NCBI GenBank assembly: GCA_034436315.1
Contig: DAOTVR010000130.1
Span: 1-43,477, forward strand
DNA from: Anaerolineae bacterium
Lineage (GTDB): Bacteria; Chloroflexota; Anaerolineae; UBA1429
Length of the DNA: 43,477 nucleotides
Direction: 5' to 3'
Part shown: positions 41,120 through 43,477 of the stretch, piece by piece
How the letters are laid out: every line of letters starts with the position of its first letter
How positions within the stretch are numbered: position 1 is the first letter of the stretch
Notes under the pieces: generated by a model
Database searches by the model: none
What the model was told of the DNA's origin: nothing
The model's input: only the letters and a program-made list of their open reading frames with translations
Made by a program: the position numbers and the translations under genes

Positions 41120-42013
41120 ATGCGCAAAAGACCCTCGTTGGCCTTGCGCCTCATCGGACTCGCCGTGCTGGCCATCATCGTCCTGGTGGTCATCTTCTCC
41201 AGCTACACGATCATCAGCCCCGGACATCGCGGCGTGGTGGTCATGCTGGGCCGCGTAGAGCAGACGGTCCTCTCCGAGGGCTTTCATTTGATCTTGCCCC
41301 CGGTGGTGCGCCAGGTCGTCCAGGTGGATATCCGCACCAAGAAGCTGGAGGTGGAGGCCGAGGCCGCCTCCTCCGACCTGCAGGTCATCATGGTCACCGG
41401 CGTGCTGAACTATCACGTGGATCCCCAAAACGTCAACAAGTTGTATCAGCAGGTGGGGCTGGATTACGAGTCCATCATCATCCAGCCGGCCATGCAAGAG
41501 GCCATCAAGGCGGCCACCGCTCGCTTTCGCGTGGAGCGCATCCTGATGGAACGCGCGGTCATCAAGGACCTCATCGCAAGTACCCTGACCGAGCGGCTGG
41601 CGCAGAACTATATCATCGTGGATCAGTTCTCCCTGGCCAACGTGGCCTTCTCCGAGGAGTTCAACAAGGCCATTGAACGCAAGCAGGTGGCCGAACAGGC
41701 CGCCCTGCAGAAGCAATACGAGCTGCAAGCGGCACAAAAGGACGTGGAGATCGCCCTGGCCCGCGCCGAGGGCGAAAAGAAGGCCGCGGTCATCGCCGCC
41801 GAGGGGCGCGCGGAGGCCCGCAAGGTGGAGGCCGCCGCCGAGGCGGAGGCTTTGCGCCTGATCGCCGAGCAACTGCGCGGCAATCCCGACCTGATCAAAT
41901 ACCAGTGGGCCAGCAAGCTCGCGCCCACCATCACCACCGTCCTTTTGCCCTCAGACCAGGATATCATCCTGGATGCAGGGGCATTGCTACCCGGCCAGGG
42001 AGGAAGCAAGTAG
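41120..42013 (+). CDS. SPFH/Band-7 (prohibitin/HflC-like) membrane protein
   Basis: The N-terminal TM segment is followed by GHRGVVVMLGRVEQTVLSEGFHLILPPV..V.VDIR, and the C-terminus is an Ala/Glu-rich coiled coil. The RBS is AAAAGGAGG. Confidence 0.88.
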   Translation: MRKRPSLALRLIGLAVLAIIVLVVIFSSYTIISPGHRGVVVMLGRVEQTVLSEGFHLILPPVVRQVVQVDIRTKKLEVEAEAASSDLQVIMVTGVLNYHVDPQNVNKLYQQVGLDYESIIIQPAMQEAIKAATARFRVERILMERAVIKDLIASTLTERLAQNYIIVDQFSLANVAFSEEFNKAIERKQVAEQAALQKQYELQAAQKDVEIALARAEGEKKAAVIAAEGRAEARKVEAAAEAEALRLIAEQLRGNPDLIKYQWASKLAPTITTVLLPSDQDIILDAGALLPGQGGSK

Positions 42014-42079
42014 CCGTGGCAAGTCCTCTGCGCGGCCGCAAGCCGCGGCCACGGGGGATAAATCGCCGGATTGCGGGAT

Positions 42080-42502
42080 ATGTTAATTGACTACTGGCTC
42101 GTCGGTGAGGGAGCCCAGCCGCCGGAACGCCATCAGGGAGCCGCCTTAGATCTCAAGGCCCGGCTGCCGGGCAGGGGCTGGCGGTTGGTGTGGGGCTTTG
42201 CGCGCATCCCCACAGGGGTGGCTTTGCGCATCCCCGAGGATGCCGTCGTGCGCGTCACGGGCCGCAGCGGTAACTTCCTGCGGGGCATCCTGGTGCACGA
42301 CGGGCTGGTTGAGGCCGAGTTCAACGGCCAGGAGGTCTGCGCGCTCGTCTACTGCCCCTGGCCACGGCTCATCCGCCATGGCCAGCGCATCGCCCAGATG
42401 TGGGCGCTGAGCGTCGATCGCGCGGCGTTCCGCGAGTTGCCCGCCGCGCCGGAAGGGCTGCCCCCGGCCAAGGCCGGCTTTGGCTCCACGGGTCTCGGTT
42501 AA
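42080..42502 (+). CDS. dUTPase-family protein with a divergent motif III
   Basis: It aligns by eye to E. coli Dut: GAALDL ~ SAGLDL, IPTGVAL ~ VPTGLAI, GRSG ~ PRSG, GLVEAEFNG ~ GLIDSDYQG, GQRIAQM ~ GERIAQM and AGFGSTG ~ GGFGHSG. Confidence 0.65.
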   Translation: MLIDYWLVGEGAQPPERHQGAALDLKARLPGRGWRLVWGFARIPTGVALRIPEDAVVRVTGRSGNFLRGILVHDGLVEAEFNGQEVCALVYCPWPRLIRHGQRIAQMWALSVDRAAFRELPAAPEGLPPAKAGFGSTGLG

Positions 42503-42517
42503 GGGAGGAACGAGGAT

Positions 42518-43261
42518 ATGGCGCGCATCCTGGTCGTTGACGATGAGGTGAGCGTCGTTCAGGCGCTCTCTCGGGCCCTGGATCGGCTGGGGCACACCGT
42601 CGTCGCCGCCTACGATGCCGGGCAGGCCCTCCTGCTCCTTCGGCATCAAACGCCCGACTTGGTGATCCTCGACGTGAGGCTGCCGGGGATGAGCGGGCTA
42701 CAGCTTTGCCGCTTCATCCGCACGAGCCCACGCCTGGCCTCCGTGCCGGTGCTCATCCTCTCGGTCAAAGGGCAGCCCGAGGACCGCATCGCCGGCTTGG
42801 AGGCCGGCGCCGACGACTACCTGGGTAAACCCTTTAACTTGACCGAGCTGGAGCTGCGCGTCAAGGCTCTCCTGCGTCGCGCCCGCGCACCCTCTCCCCA
42901 TACCTCGCTGACCGTGGGGCCGCTGCGCTTTGACGCCGAGGGCCGGCAAGCCCTGCTCTACGACAAGCCGCTAGGGCTCACCCCCGTGGAGTTCGATCTG
43001 CTTTACTACCTGGCCCGCCACGCCGGCGAGGTATTCTCCGCCGAGCGCCTGTTGCAAGAGGTATGGAATTACCCGCCCGGCGCGGGCAACCAGAGCTTGG
43101 TGCGCATGCACGTGCTCAACCTGCGCCGCAAGCTGGAGGAGGACCCCGCTCATCCCGTCTACCTGTGCAACATCCCGCGACATGGGTACACCCTGCGCCT
43201 CCCCCAAGGCGACGAGCCAGCGCCCGCGGCAAGGGCGCCTCAAGGGGCCCGCGAGGAGTGA
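42518..43261 (+). CDS. OmpR/PhoB-family response regulator
   Basis: The receiver domain reads MARILVVDDE..DLVILDVRLPGMSG..SVKG. The winged-helix domain reads LTPVEFDLLYYLA..PRHGYTL. Confidence 0.9.
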   Translation: MARILVVDDEVSVVQALSRALDRLGHTVVAAYDAGQALLLLRHQTPDLVILDVRLPGMSGLQLCRFIRTSPRLASVPVLILSVKGQPEDRIAGLEAGADDYLGKPFNLTELELRVKALLRRARAPSPHTSLTVGPLRFDAEGRQALLYDKPLGLTPVEFDLLYYLARHAGEVFSAERLLQEVWNYPPGAGNQSLVRMHVLNLRRKLEEDPAHPVYLCNIPRHGYTLRLPQGDEPAPAARAPQGAREE

Positions 43262-43311
43262 GCTTTGGAGAGTTCTTTTACGCCGTCTTCATGAGGCGGG
43301 CACCGAGCGCC

Positions 43312-43320
43312 TGGTATAAT
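43312..43320 (+). promoter_or_regulatory. Extended -10 element (TGgTATAAT) upstream of the last response regulator
   Basis: TGGTATAAT lies 34 nt upstream of the ATG at 43354. I see no good -35. Confidence 0.35.
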
Positions 43321-43353
43321 GGGGCTGATTCACTCTGCTTTAGGGGAGAGCGC

Positions 43354-43477
43354 ATGGCCCAGCGGGCGCATCGGGTGTTGGTCGTCGACGACGAGGCGGA
43401 GGTGCGGGCGATCATCCGGCGGGTGTTGGGCGAAAAGGGGTATATCGTCGCCGAGGCCGCCAACGGCCGGCTGGCCC
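43354..43477 (+). CDS. Response regulator receiver domain (3' end cut by window edge)
   Basis: Not in the ORF track because it is truncated. The ATG follows AGGGGAGAGCGC and the sequence reads MAQRAHRVLVVDDEAEVRAIIRRVLGEKGYIVAEAANGRLA. Confidence 0.75.
   Translation, partial: MAQRAHRVLVVDDEAEVRAIIRRVLGEKGYIVAEAANGRLA

Noticed and set aside
42014-42070. GC-rich inverted repeats after the SPFH gene as a terminator (CCGTGGC..GCGGCCGCAAGCCGCGGCCACGG).
   Set aside because: The pairing is imperfect or ambiguous and there is no U-tract. It is too weak to call.

Overview
High-GC (visibly about 65-70%) bacterial chromosomal segment. PT-rich linkers, DUF5666 proteins and a four-subunit 2-oxoacid:ferredoxin oxidoreductase suggest Chloroflexota, but that is a weak inference.

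Gene order, left to right:
- 3' end of a Type ISP restriction-modification gene, then an MNT/HepT pair, tRNA-Pro(GGG) and an AbrB/PIN (VapBC-type) pair. This is an AT-richer defence/TA islet.
- cspA.
- ECF sigma, an anti-sigma with DUF5666 repeats, a secreted DUF5666 protein and a secreted double-propeller protein.
- map and a ketopantoate-reductase-family gene.
- A roughly 4 kb orphan phage-like module behind a consensus promoter with a GAAC-N4-GTTC (LexA-type) box: a small Zn-motif protein, a PD-(D/E)XK-like ORF, a terminase large subunit and a divergent sigma-like protein.
- A delta-alpha-beta-gamma 2-oxoacid:ferredoxin oxidoreductase operon.
- A DUF3830 protein, a hydratase, an Rrf2 regulator and a VIT1/CCC1 transporter.
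- A repeat-bracketed segment: an ICMT-type gene remnant, a DUF1232 protein and a secreted beta-helix protein.
- An SdhA/NadB-family flavoprotein.
- A translationally coupled DUF433 / PIN-like DUF5615 / GNAT triad.
- NUDIX and nitrilase-family genes.
- A response regulator, a 1346-aa Ig-like surface protein, a TPR protein, a BNR propeller protein and a GAF-PAS histidine kinase.
- An aminotransferase, an SPFH protein, a dUTPase-like protein and two more response regulators.

No CRISPR array, transposase, rRNA or reverse transcriptase is visible.

The most unusual content is non-genic. There are at least three families of hairpin-forming repeats:
1. A 24-30 nt palindrome, GTAGGGGCGTTCAATTGAACGCCCCTAC.
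2. Long hairpins whose arms are tandem degenerate heptamers, (NNTCAGC)n / (GCTGANN)n.
3. A GAAGGAT-heptamer-armed palindrome.

These repeats occupy intergenic regions, carry or abut promoters, donate stop codons, and sit in frame inside at least three protein-coding genes.

Many canonical TTGnnn-17-TAnnnT promoters can be read directly. Large antisense ORFs in the six-frame track are treated as GC artefacts.
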